Assembly: GCA_031372565.1 (NCBI GenBank)
Contig: JANMLN010000132.1
Location: forward strand, 1-39,663
Direction of reading: 5' to 3'
Source of the DNA: Gemmatimonadota bacterium
Lineage (GTDB): Bacteria; Gemmatimonadota; Gemmatimonadetes; Gemmatimonadales; Gemmatimonadaceae
DNA: 39,663 nucleotides
Shown: positions 16,912 to 26,045 of the stretch, piece after piece
How positions within the stretch are numbered: position 1 is the first letter of the stretch
How the letters are laid out: every line of letters starts with the position of its first letter
Translations under genes and position numbers: made by a program
Notes under the pieces: model-generated
What the model saw: the letters and a program-made list of their open reading frames with translations, nothing else
Databases searched by the model: none
Told to the model about the DNA's origin: nothing

Positions 16912-18750
16912 GTGAGCTTCCTCTCTCCCTGGCTGCTCGCGCTCGCCACGGGCGCCGCCGTGCCGCTCCTCCTGCACCTCCTGCGGCGCCGCACCGGGCA
17001 GCCGCTCAGCTTTCCGGCGGTGCGCTACCTGCGCCGCGCCGAGAAGGAACACCGCCGTGAGATGCGGCTGCGCAACCTGCTCCTCATGGCGCTGCGCGTG
17101 CTGGCGGTCCTCGCGTTGGCGTTGGCCGCCGCACGACCGCTCGGTCCGGGCTTCGGCACGGGTCACCCGCCCACCGCCTTTGCGCTCGTCCTCGACAACT
17201 CCATGAGTACCGGCCGCGTCAGCAATGGCCGCGTCGTGCTCGACCAACTGCGGAGCGCGGCGCTGGCGGCACTGGCCGACGCCGGCACGGGCGACCGCGT
17301 CTGGCTCGTCACCGCCGATGCGCGGGTCGCCGGTGGCTCGCGCGCCGACGTGGTGGCGGCGCTCAAGCGCGCCGAGCCGCTGGCCGGCGCGGGACAGCTG
17401 TCCGCCGCCGTCGCGCGCGCGGCTGCGCTCGTGCGGAGCGCCGGGCTGGGCGCGCGCCAAGTGGCCGTCGTCACCGATGCGCAGGCCAGCGGCTGGCGCG
17501 CCAGCACGGCCGATGTCGGCGACGTGCCCGTGAGCGTGTGGGCGCCTGTGGTGGGCGAGGTGGCCAATCGTTCGGTGCGCCGGGCGGCGACATCACCCGC
17601 GCACCTCACGCCGCGCGGTCGCGTCGAAGGCAGCGTCAGCGGCCCCGGTACCATCAACTGGCGCGTCGAACTCGGGCCCCGCACCGTCGCGCGCGGCGCT
17701 GCCGCGGACGGCGAGTCGATCGATGTTCCCGTGGCTCCGCCGGAGCGGGGATGGACCGCGGGGTGGATTCGCGTGGATCCCGATGAGCTGCGCGGCGATG
17801 ACACACGCGCATACGCCACCTGGATCGGCGATGCGCCTCGACTCACGCTCGACGTGGACGCGGGGCCGTTTGCTGCGGGGGCCGTGGCCGCACTCGTCGA
17901 AGCCCGGCGCGCCGAGCGCGGCGTGGGAGTCCAGGTGACCTCAGCCGACGCACTGCGCCAGCGACCGGCGGTGATCTTCGCGCCGCGCGATCCGGCGCGA
18001 CTCGGGCTGGCCAACCGCGCGCTCGAGCGCGCCGGCGTTCCGTGGCGGCTGGGCGCCCCCGATCCGATGCCCACGGCCGCTCGCAGCGCCGATCCGCGTC
18101 TCACGGGAGTACGCGTGGCCCGCCGATACGCGCTCACGCCACTCGCGGCCGCCGAGACGCTCGCGACGGCGGGTGGTGGCGCCTGGATCGTGGCGGGGGA
18201 GGGCTACGTGCTGGTGGCCTCGGCGCTCGACACAGCGGACACGGACCTTCCGCTCGCGCCCGCGTTTGCCCCGTGGTTCGGTGGCGTGCTGAGCGAGCGG
18301 TTGGCCACGGATGCCGGTCCGGTGCTCGACGTGGCGCCGTCGGCCGCGCTCCGCGCGCCAGTGGGCGTCACCGGACTCGAACTCGCCGATGGGCGCGTGA
18401 CCCCGGTCGTGGGCGCACGCGCCACGGCACCGTCGGTCGCGGGAGTGAGCTTCTGGCGGCGCGGGGATCGACGCGTCGGGGCGGTGGTCGTGAACGCCGA
18501 GCCCGAGGAATCCGACCTGGCCGCGCTCGACGCTGCTGCGCTCGCCGCACGACTGGGCGCGCGTGCCTCGGTCACGGCCGACGTCGCGCAGTGGCAGCGC
18601 CGCGCCTGGACCGCCGGGCAGCGGCCCCTCATGGGCCCCCTGCTCGTGCTCGCACTGCTGCTCCTCGTGGCCGAACTGCTCGTGGCGCGCGGCGATCTCG
18701 CGCGCCTCGTGCGCCGTGCCGACGCGGTACCGCTTCGTCGCGCCGCCTGA
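16912..18750 (+). CDS. BatA-domain (aerotolerance regulator N-terminal) plus VWA membrane protein
   Basis: MSFLSPWLLALATGAAVPLLLHLL...SFPAVRYL...LLLMALR...AAARP (BatA), VLDNSMST (MIDAS), VVTDAQ, then VNAEPEESDL and a C-terminal TM helix. Confidence 0.9.
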   Translation: MSFLSPWLLALATGAAVPLLLHLLRRRTGQPLSFPAVRYLRRAEKEHRREMRLRNLLLMALRVLAVLALALAAARPLGPGFGTGHPPTAFALVLDNSMSTGRVSNGRVVLDQLRSAALAALADAGTGDRVWLVTADARVAGGSRADVVAALKRAEPLAGAGQLSAAVARAAALVRSAGLGARQVAVVTDAQASGWRASTADVGDVPVSVWAPVVGEVANRSVRRAATSPAHLTPRGRVEGSVSGPGTINWRVELGPRTVARGAAADGESIDVPVAPPERGWTAGWIRVDPDELRGDDTRAYATWIGDAPRLTLDVDAGPFAAGAVAALVEARRAERGVGVQVTSADALRQRPAVIFAPRDPARLGLANRALERAGVPWRLGAPDPMPTAARSADPRLTGVRVARRYALTPLAAAETLATAGGGAWIVAGEGYVLVASALDTADTDLPLAPAFAPWFGGVLSERLATDAGPVLDVAPSAALRAPVGVTGLELADGRVTPVVGARATAPSVAGVSFWRRGDRRVGAVVVNAEPEESDLAALDAAALAARLGARASVTADVAQWQRRAWTAGQRPLMGPLLVLALLLLVAELLVARGDLARLVRRADAVPLRRAA

Positions 18751-18771
18751 TTCGCCGTCTCCTTCGACGTC

Positions 18772-21700
18772 ATGTCGCTTCCCACGATTCTCGACGCGCT
18801 CAGCGCGTTGCCCGGATTCTCGCGCCTGTCGCGCGACCTGCCCGCCGCCGGTCGGCAGGCGAGCGTCACCGGGCTGCCGGGCTCTGCTGATGCCGCGCTC
18901 GTCGCCGCACTGGCCCGCGCGCATCCGACGCGATTCTTCGTCGTGGCTGCGGGCGCCGTGGCCGACGCCGAACGCTGGATGGCCGATCTCGACTCGCTCG
19001 CAGGGGGCGACGGCATTGCGCTCTACCCGCCGCGCGAGGGATTCGGCGAACTCGAGCCGCACGCGGAGGTCGCCGGCGAGCGCGTCGAGACGATCGAGCG
19101 GCTGGTGCGCGGTCAGGTGCGCATCCTGTGCACCACGGCGCGCGCCCTGCTCGAACGCACGCGCATGCCGCGGGCACTGGCCGACCTCCGGCTGGAGCTG
19201 CGGCGCGGCGAAGCGTTTCGGCCCGAGGAACTCGCCGAGCGGCTGACGTCCATGGGGTTCGAGCGCGTCGAGCTCGTCGAGGACGTGGCGCAGTTCGCGA
19301 TGCGCGGCGGGATCTTCGACATCTATTCGTTCGGCATGGCCGAGCCCGTGCGCCTCGAGTTCTGGGGCGATGAGCTGACGGAGATTCGCCACTTCGACCT
19401 GATGACGCAGCGCTCGGTGCGGATGGCCGACGTCGCGATCGTGCTCCCTGTCGACGGTGCCGTGACCGGTTCGGCCGACGAGAACGCCCGCGTCTCGATC
19501 GCGGAGCTGTGGCCGGCCGACACCGTGGTCGTGATTCCCGAGGGGGCGCATCCCGAGCCCGAGCTGGAGCGGACCTGGAACGAGGCGCGGCACCATGTCG
19601 AACTCGCGCGCCGCCGCGGCGAGGATGCGCCGGATCGCGAGGAGCTGTTTCTCGCGCCGTCGCAGCTCGTGAAGGTCCTGGGCCGCACGAGCCGGATCGC
19701 GATCGAGTCAGGCGGCGGCGACGGGATCATCGGCTTTCCGCTCCGCATTCCGGAAGCGATCGATCGCGACATCAGCCGTCTCAAGCGGGTGATCGCCGAC
19801 GGCACGCCGACGATGATCCTCTGCGACAACGCCGGTCAGGCCGAGCGCCTCGAGGAGTTGCTCGGCGACTCGTACGGCGGCGTGACGGCGGCGGCGCTCG
19901 TGATCGGCGTGTTGGGCGGTGGCTTCGTGCTGCCGCCGGGAGAGGGGCGCACCGGATTCCGCGTGCTCACCGACCATGAGGTGTTCCGGCGCGAGCGGCG
20001 GTTGCGTCGGGCGCGGCGCTACGGCGCCGGCGTGGCGATGGAGTCGGTCACCGCCCTCAAGCCGGGTGACTACGTGGTGCATCTCGAGCACGGCGTCGGC
20101 ATCTATCGGGGCATGCAGACCATCTTCGTGAAGGAGAGCACGATCGAGGTGGCGGTGCTCGAGTACGAAGGCGGTGACCGGCTCAACGTGCCGCTGTACC
20201 GGCTCGACCAGATCGAGCGGTATCGGTCGGCGTCGGACGTGAGCGAGGACGCGCCGCCGCCGCGGTTGCACAAGCTGGGCGGCAAGCGGTGGGGCCAGCA
20301 GCGCGAGAAGACGCTCAAGTCGATCGAGCTGATGACGCAGGAGCTGCTCGTGCTGTACGCCAAGCGGCACGTGGCCACGCGCGACGCGCATGCGCCCGAC
20401 GGCGCCTGGCAGCGGCAGCTCGAGTCGAGCTTCCTGTTCGAGGATACGCCGGACCAGGTGAAGGCCACGCGCGACGTGAAGGGGGACATGGAGCGCGAGC
20501 GCCCGATGGACCGCCTGCTCGTGGGTGACGTCGGCTACGGCAAGACCGAGATCGCGGTGCGCGCCGCCTTCAAGGCCGTGCAGAGCGACCGGCAGGTCGC
20601 GGTGCTCGTGCCGACGACGATCCTCGCCGACCAGCACTACCGCACCTTCAGCGAGCGGCTGGCGGATTTCCCCGTGAAGGTGGCGGTGCTGTCGCGCTTC
20701 CAGACGTCGAAGGAGCAGGACGCCGTGATGGCCGGACTCGCCGACAAGACGATCGACATCGTGATCGGCACGCACCGGCTGCTCTCGGAGGACGTGAAGT
20801 TCAAGCGGCTCGGGCTGGTCATCGTCGACGAGGAGCACCGCTTCGGCGTGAAACACAAGGAGCGGCTCAAGCAGCTCAAGCTCGATACCGACGTGCTGAC
20901 GCTCACGGCCACGCCGATTCCGCGCACGCTGCATCAGTCGCTGGCGGGGCTGCGCGACATGACGCTCATCCAGACGCCGCCGCGCGACCGCTCGCCGGTG
21001 CTCACCTTCGTGGAGCCGTGGGACGACGGCCTCATCGAGGAGGGGATCGCCCGCGAGCTCGATCGCGGCGGGCAGGTGTTCTTCGTGCACAACCGGATCG
21101 AGACGATTCTGGCCATCGCCGACCACCTGCAGCGCGTCGTGCCGCGCGCGCGCATTGCGGTGGGCCACGGGCAGATGAAGGAGCGCGAGCTCGAGGAGGT
21201 CATGCGCAAGTTCGTGCGCGGTGAAGTGGACATTCTCGTGAGCACGCTCATCGTCGAGAGCGGTCTCGACGTGCCCAATGCGAACACGATGTTCGTCAAT
21301 CGCGCCGACTATTTCGGCCTGGCGCAGCTCTACCAGCTCCGGGGCCGCGTGGGGCGGTCGCATCGCCGCGCGTACTGCTACCTGCTCGTGCCGGATCAGG
21401 TCGATCTCGATGCCGAGCGCCGGCTGCAGGTGCTCGAGCACCACACGGAGCTCGGCAGCGGCTATCAGGTGGCCTTGCGCGACATGGAACTGCGCGGCGC
21501 CGGCAACCTGCTGGGTCCCGAGCAGTCGGGGTTCGTGCAGGCGGTCGGGTTCGACCTGTATCTGAAGATGCTGGAGGAGGCGGTCAAGCGGGTCATGGCC
21601 GGGGGCGAGACCCGGCGGATCGTGCCGGCCGATGTCTCGCTCGACAGTCCGTCGTACCTGCCGGACGACTACGTGCCGAGCCCCGAGGCGAAGCTCGACC

Positions 21701-22059
21701 TCTACCGCCGCATCACCGCCGCGACCGAGTCCGGAGTGCTCGAGGGGCTGCGCGACGAGGCCCGCGACCGGTTCGGGCCGCTGCCGCCCACGGCCAAGGC
21801 GGTCTTTGCCGTGGCGCTGTTGCGCGTGATCGGGGGTCAACTCGGTATTGAGGGGGTGCTGGTGCGGGGCGACGAGGCCCGCATTACATTCCACGATTCT
21901 GCGGCGCCACGCCTCAAGGCGCTGGCGGCCGCGTTTCATGGGGTGCAGTTCAAGGCCGACGTGAAACGCGCGCACCCGTTGTCGCTCAAGCTGACCCGGC
22001 TTGGCGGCGCGGAGATTCTCGATGGCCTCGTGCAGGCCCTCCGGAGCCTTACCCCCTGA
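18772..22059 (+). CDS. mfd: Transcription-repair coupling factor
   Basis: FAMRGGIFDI, GDYVVHLEHGVGIY (RID), DRLLVGDVGYGKTE, IVDEEHRFGV, TATPIPRTL, QLRGRVGR, RDMELRGAGNLLG and the TRCF C-terminal domain. Confidence 0.98.
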   Translation: MSLPTILDALSALPGFSRLSRDLPAAGRQASVTGLPGSADAALVAALARAHPTRFFVVAAGAVADAERWMADLDSLAGGDGIALYPPREGFGELEPHAEVAGERVETIERLVRGQVRILCTTARALLERTRMPRALADLRLELRRGEAFRPEELAERLTSMGFERVELVEDVAQFAMRGGIFDIYSFGMAEPVRLEFWGDELTEIRHFDLMTQRSVRMADVAIVLPVDGAVTGSADENARVSIAELWPADTVVVIPEGAHPEPELERTWNEARHHVELARRRGEDAPDREELFLAPSQLVKVLGRTSRIAIESGGGDGIIGFPLRIPEAIDRDISRLKRVIADGTPTMILCDNAGQAERLEELLGDSYGGVTAAALVIGVLGGGFVLPPGEGRTGFRVLTDHEVFRRERRLRRARRYGAGVAMESVTALKPGDYVVHLEHGVGIYRGMQTIFVKESTIEVAVLEYEGGDRLNVPLYRLDQIERYRSASDVSEDAPPPRLHKLGGKRWGQQREKTLKSIELMTQELLVLYAKRHVATRDAHAPDGAWQRQLESSFLFEDTPDQVKATRDVKGDMERERPMDRLLVGDVGYGKTEIAVRAAFKAVQSDRQVAVLVPTTILADQHYRTFSERLADFPVKVAVLSRFQTSKEQDAVMAGLADKTIDIVIGTHRLLSEDVKFKRLGLVIVDEEHRFGVKHKERLKQLKLDTDVLTLTATPIPRTLHQSLAGLRDMTLIQTPPRDRSPVLTFVEPWDDGLIEEGIARELDRGGQVFFVHNRIETILAIADHLQRVVPRARIAVGHGQMKERELEEVMRKFVRGEVDILVSTLIVESGLDVPNANTMFVNRADYFGLAQLYQLRGRVGRSHRRAYCYLLVPDQVDLDAERRLQVLEHHTELGSGYQVALRDMELRGAGNLLGPEQSGFVQAVGFDLYLKMLEEAVKRVMAGGETRRIVPADVSLDSPSYLPDDYVPSPEAKLDLYRRITAATESGVLEGLRDEARDRFGPLPPTAKAVFAVALLRVIGGQLGIEGVLVRGDEARITFHDSAAPRLKALAAAFHGVQFKADVKRAHPLSLKLTRLGGAEILDGLVQALRSLTP

Positions 22060-22113
22060 GGGGGGTAGCTCCCGAGCGACCCTTCGTTTCGTCTTCCTCC
22101 TTGGTTGGAACGC

Positions 22114-23589
22114 ATGTCCTTTCTTCGCTTCTCTGTAGCGGCCCTCACGCTCGGCCTGGGTGCCTGCGACTCGATGGGCGCGCATGCCAGCGTCGTCGCC
22201 AAGGCTGGCTCCCACGAGTTGTCCGTGGACCGGCTCGGCAATCTGGTCGGGCAGTCCGCCGCGCCGGTCCGCAAGGACGTGACGCGTTCGGTTGCCGAAG
22301 TGTGGCTCGACTACCAGCTCCTTGGCGAAGCGGCCGCGAAGGGTGACACCCTCGGCGACCTCAAGCTGATCGAGGAGACGATGGCGCCGGTGATCCAGCG
22401 TGCGCGCATCGAGGCGCTGTACGGGGACATTGCCAAGGCGTGGAAGGACAAGCCGGTCGAAGAGGCCGGCCTCGAGGCTCGCTTCAACAACGGCGAGTTC
22501 CTCTCGGCCAAGCACATCCTGATCCCGATCACGCAAGGCTCCCCGCCGGACTCGGTCTCCAAGTTCCAGGCGCAAGCGCTCCTCGTTCGCCGCGAGACCA
22601 AGGATGAAAACTTCGCCGCGATGGCGGCCAAGTACTCTAAGGATCCGGGCTCGGCGAGCCGCGGCGGCGATCTCGGCGTCTTTCCGAAGGGCGTGATGGT
22701 GCCGGAGTTCGAGCGCGGGCTGACCGCGCTCAAGCCCGGCGAGATCTCGGCGCCGATCCGTACCGCGTACGGCTTCCACATCATCCGTCGGGCCATGTAC
22801 TCGGAGGTCAAGGCGGGGGTGCTCAAGGCGGCGGGCGACAGGCAGGGGGCCGTGGCCGAGAGCACGTACCTGGCCGGGCTCGAGAACGCGGCCAAGATCG
22901 AGGTCAAGAGCGATGCGTCGATCACCGTCAAGTCGGTGGCGATCGACCTCGAGTCCCACTTCGACGACAAGACGGTCATCGCCAAGATGCTGGGTGGCGA
23001 CTACACCGCGGCCGCGCTCGCGAAGCTGCTGCGGACGATTCCGCAGAAGAACCAGCTCCTGACGCAGCTGCAGTCGGCGCCGGACACGATCATCGTGCAG
23101 CAGTTCCTCAAGCCCGTGCTGCGGACTGAGTTGCTCACGCGCGAGGCCGACAAGAAGGGGATCAAGCCGGACACGGCGCTCATGAACAACGTGTACCGGA
23201 CCTTCTTCGGCATGATCAAGGGGGCGTGGAACGGATTGGGCGTCGCCCCGTCGATGCTCGACAGCGCCGGCAAGACCGACGCCGCCGCCCGCAGCAAGCT
23301 CGCCGGCGACCGGATCGAGGCGTACATGGACAAGCTCATCAAGCAGGAGATGAACTTCGTCGAGGTGCCGCCGCCGCTCGAGGCCGCGCTGCGTATCCGG
23401 TTCAAGTCCTCCATCGACAAGGCGGGGGTGGATCGCGCCTACGAGAAGGCGCTCAAGGTGCGTGCCGCCGCCGATTCGGCCAAGGCCAAGAACGAACCGG
23501 CCTCGTCGGTGCCGGTGCCGGGCGCGCCAGCCATGCCTCCGGCGGGGGCCAAGGGGGCCGCGCCCGCGGCCGAGCCCAAGAAGCCGTAA
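22114..23589 (+). CDS. Parvulin-type peptidyl-prolyl isomerase, lipoprotein (PrsA/PpiD-like)
   Basis: Lipobox LGAC, then SAKHILI...FAAMAAKYSKDPGSASRGGDLGVF...MVPEFE...IRTAYGFHII (rotamase domain). Confidence 0.88.
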   Translation: MSFLRFSVAALTLGLGACDSMGAHASVVAKAGSHELSVDRLGNLVGQSAAPVRKDVTRSVAEVWLDYQLLGEAAAKGDTLGDLKLIEETMAPVIQRARIEALYGDIAKAWKDKPVEEAGLEARFNNGEFLSAKHILIPITQGSPPDSVSKFQAQALLVRRETKDENFAAMAAKYSKDPGSASRGGDLGVFPKGVMVPEFERGLTALKPGEISAPIRTAYGFHIIRRAMYSEVKAGVLKAAGDRQGAVAESTYLAGLENAAKIEVKSDASITVKSVAIDLESHFDDKTVIAKMLGGDYTAAALAKLLRTIPQKNQLLTQLQSAPDTIIVQQFLKPVLRTELLTREADKKGIKPDTALMNNVYRTFFGMIKGAWNGLGVAPSMLDSAGKTDAAARSKLAGDRIEAYMDKLIKQEMNFVEVPPPLEAALRIRFKSSIDKAGVDRAYEKALKVRAAADSAKAKNEPASSVPVPGAPAMPPAGAKGAAPAAEPKKP

Positions 23590-23597
23590 CGACTCGC

Positions 23598-23623
23598 GGG
23601 GAGCCGGCTGTTGTCGGCTCCCC
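23598..23623 (+). terminator. Hairpin after the first PPIase gene
   Basis: GGGGAGCCGGC-tgtt-GTCGGCTCCCC forms an 11-bp stem with one G-U, 8 nt after the stop. There is no U tract. Confidence 0.5.
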
Positions 23624-23685
23624 ACCGGATCACCACGCCGCCCGTTGGGGGAACCTCTCCCCGGGCGGCGTTTATCTTTCTGGAT

Positions 23686-25071
23686 ATGCGCCGCCTCCGC
23701 CTGCTCGCCGCTTTCGCGTTCGCCGCTGCTGCTCCCTCGCTGCACGCGCAAGATTCGACCGCCGTGTCCGCCGCCCCCTCGCTGGCGGGGCTCAAGTGGC
23801 GCGACCCCTACGTGCTCGACCAGGTCGTGGGGATTGTCGGCGATCGCGCCATCCTGTGGAGCGATGTCCTCATCGGGATCGGCGCGAAACTGCGCGGTCA
23901 GCCGATTCCCGTCGATACGACGGAGCAGCTCAAGCTGGCGCAGGAGTCGCTCACGCAGCTTGCCGACGAAGAAGTGCTGATCCAGCACGCGCGTCGGGAC
24001 ACGGCGATCAAGGTGACGGAGGCCGAAACCAACGCGCAGGTGGACGCGACGCTCAAGCGGATTCGCGAACAGTTCAAGAGCGACGCCGAGTTCCGCGAGG
24101 CGCTCCGGCGCGAGGGATTGGGAACGCTCGAGGATTACAAGCAGAAGCTCACCGAAGACACCAAGCGTCAGCTGCTGCAGACGCAGGTGATCCAGAAGGC
24201 GAAGCGCGACGGCAAGATGTTGCCCGGCATCGTGAGCGAGAAGGACGTCGCCGAGTCGTTCGAGCGGAACAAGGCGCAGTTCCCGAGGCGGCCCTCCACG
24301 GTCGCGTTTCACCAGATCGTGGTGGCACCCTCGCCGAGCGATAGCGCGAAGCGCGTCACCTACGCGCGTCTGGACTCGATCGGGGCCCAACTGCTCAAGG
24401 ATCCGTCACGGTTCGAGTCGGTCGCCAAGAGCGTCTCGCAGGACCCGGGCTCGAAGGAGCAGGGGGGCGACCTCGGCTGGAATCGGCGCGGGCAGATGGT
24501 CCCGGCGTTCGACCGGGTGATGTTCTCGCTGCCGCCGAACGTGCTCTCGCCGATCGTCGAGACGCCGTTCGGTTTTCACATCATCCGCGTGGATCGCGTG
24601 CTGCCGGCCGAGGTGAAGGCGCGGCACATCCTGCTGCGCCCCGTCATTGATTCGAATGACGTGAAGCGGGGACGGCGCTTGGCCGATTCGGTCTCCACGG
24701 TCTGGCGCGCGGGCGCCGACTACGACACGCTGACGCAGCGCTTCCACGACATGCGCGAGGAGCGCGGCAGTGCGACGCCGTTCGTGACCGATTCGCTGCC
24801 ACCTGCGTACCAGAAGGCGCTGGGGACGGCCAAGAAGGGGGATGTGGTCGGGCCGTTCGACATCGTGGATGCGCGGACCGGACTTCCGAAGTTCGTGATC
24901 GCTCAGGTCCTGAGCACCACCGAGCCCGGCGAGTATACCCGCGAAGATCTGCGCGAGAAGATTCGCGACCAGCTTGCGGAGGAGAAGTCGATTCGTCGCC
25001 TCATCGACACGTTCCGCAAGGAGACCTTCGTGTCGGCGACGCTCGCGGCACTGCCGGCGCCTCTCAAGTAG
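23686..25071 (+). CDS. surA: SurA-like periplasmic chaperone / peptidyl-prolyl isomerase
   Basis: Signal peptide, LDQVVGIVGDRAILWSDV (SurA N-domain), SQDPGSKEQGGDLGW...MVPAFD...VETPFGFHII, a second degenerate rotamase domain (VKARHILL), and position directly before pdxA. Confidence 0.85.
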   Translation: MRRLRLLAAFAFAAAAPSLHAQDSTAVSAAPSLAGLKWRDPYVLDQVVGIVGDRAILWSDVLIGIGAKLRGQPIPVDTTEQLKLAQESLTQLADEEVLIQHARRDTAIKVTEAETNAQVDATLKRIREQFKSDAEFREALRREGLGTLEDYKQKLTEDTKRQLLQTQVIQKAKRDGKMLPGIVSEKDVAESFERNKAQFPRRPSTVAFHQIVVAPSPSDSAKRVTYARLDSIGAQLLKDPSRFESVAKSVSQDPGSKEQGGDLGWNRRGQMVPAFDRVMFSLPPNVLSPIVETPFGFHIIRVDRVLPAEVKARHILLRPVIDSNDVKRGRRLADSVSTVWRAGADYDTLTQRFHDMREERGSATPFVTDSLPPAYQKALGTAKKGDVVGPFDIVDARTGLPKFVIAQVLSTTEPGEYTREDLREKIRDQLAEEKSIRRLIDTFRKETFVSATLAALPAPLK

Positions 25072-25079
25072 CGCGGCCC

Positions 25080-25997
25080 ATGCGCCTGCGTGGAGGACGG
25101 CTGCGGCTGGCGGTGACGCTGGGAGATCCCCGCGGCATCGGACCGGAGATCGTGGCCAAGGCGCTGGCGGATGCGAGTGTCCGCGATGTGGCCGACCTGC
25201 TGACGGTCGGTCCGCGCGGCACCGAAGTGGACGTGGAAGAGTCGGTGGGCGACTGGAGCCCGACGGCGGGTGCGGCGCAGGCGGGACGGCTGGCCGCCCG
25301 CGCCATCGAACGCGCCGTGGAACTCGCGCGATCGGGCGCGGTGCAGGGAATCGTCACGGCCCCGATCGACAAGGCGGCGCTGCTAGCGGGCGGCGTCCAC
25401 GATCCCGGGCACACCGAGATGCTGGCCCGACTGACCGGGAGCGAGGTGGCGATGATGCTCGCCTCGGATCGACTCCGCGTCGTGCTGGCCACGACGCACA
25501 TCGCGCTCCGCGACGTGGTGCGCGCGGTGACGCACGAGGCGATCGTACGCGCCGCCCGCGTCACGCGCCACGGTCTGATCCATGATTTTGGCATTGCCGA
25601 GCCGCGCATCGCGTTATGCGCGCTCAATCCGCACGCCGGCGATGGCGGCCGGTTCGGCGACGAGGACGAGGCCGTGCTGCGCCCCGCGGCGCTCGAGGCC
25701 GGTCTGTCGGGCCCCTGGCCGGCCGATACCGTGTTCGTGCGTGCCATGCGCGGCGAGTTTGACGCGGTCGTTGCCCCGTACCACGACGTGGGGATGACGG
25801 CCATCAAGGTGGCGTCGTTCGGGTCGGCGGTGAACGTGACGCTCGGGCTGCCGTTTCCGCGGACGTCGCCGGATCATGGCACGGCGCTGGACATCGCGGG
25901 ACAGGGCACGGCGGATGCGACGAGCTTGATTGCCGCCGTGCACTTGGCGGCCACGCTGGCGGAACGGCGGCGTGCGCGGGTGGTGCATCCCGGCTGA
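25080..25997 (+). CDS. pdxA: 4-hydroxythreonine-4-phosphate dehydrogenase
   Basis: AVTLGDPRGIGPEI, VTAPIDK, PGHTE, LATTHIAL, ALNPHAG, GPWPADT, YHD, NVTLGLPFPRTSPDHGTALDIAG. Confidence 0.95.
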   Translation: MRLRGGRLRLAVTLGDPRGIGPEIVAKALADASVRDVADLLTVGPRGTEVDVEESVGDWSPTAGAAQAGRLAARAIERAVELARSGAVQGIVTAPIDKAALLAGGVHDPGHTEMLARLTGSEVAMMLASDRLRVVLATTHIALRDVVRAVTHEAIVRAARVTRHGLIHDFGIAEPRIALCALNPHAGDGGRFGDEDEAVLRPAALEAGLSGPWPADTVFVRAMRGEFDAVVAPYHDVGMTAIKVASFGSAVNVTLGLPFPRTSPDHGTALDIAGQGTADATSLIAAVHLAATLAERRRARVVHPG

Positions 25998-26045
25998 TCG
26001 CGGGCGCGCCGTTCCGGCGCTGCGGTCCCGACGTTAGCGTGCGGC

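Noticed and set aside
23650..23672. ECF-sigma-like GGAAC...CGTT promoter upstream of surA
   Set aside because: The spacer is only 14 nt, shorter than the usual 16-17. The TATCTT box 7 nt before the ATG is the simpler reading.
19708..24390. 1560-aa minus-strand ORF
   Set aside because: It is the antisense shadow of mfd and the two PPIases. The Arg/Gly/Leu-rich sequence has no motifs, and long stop-free antisense frames are expected with strong GC3 bias.
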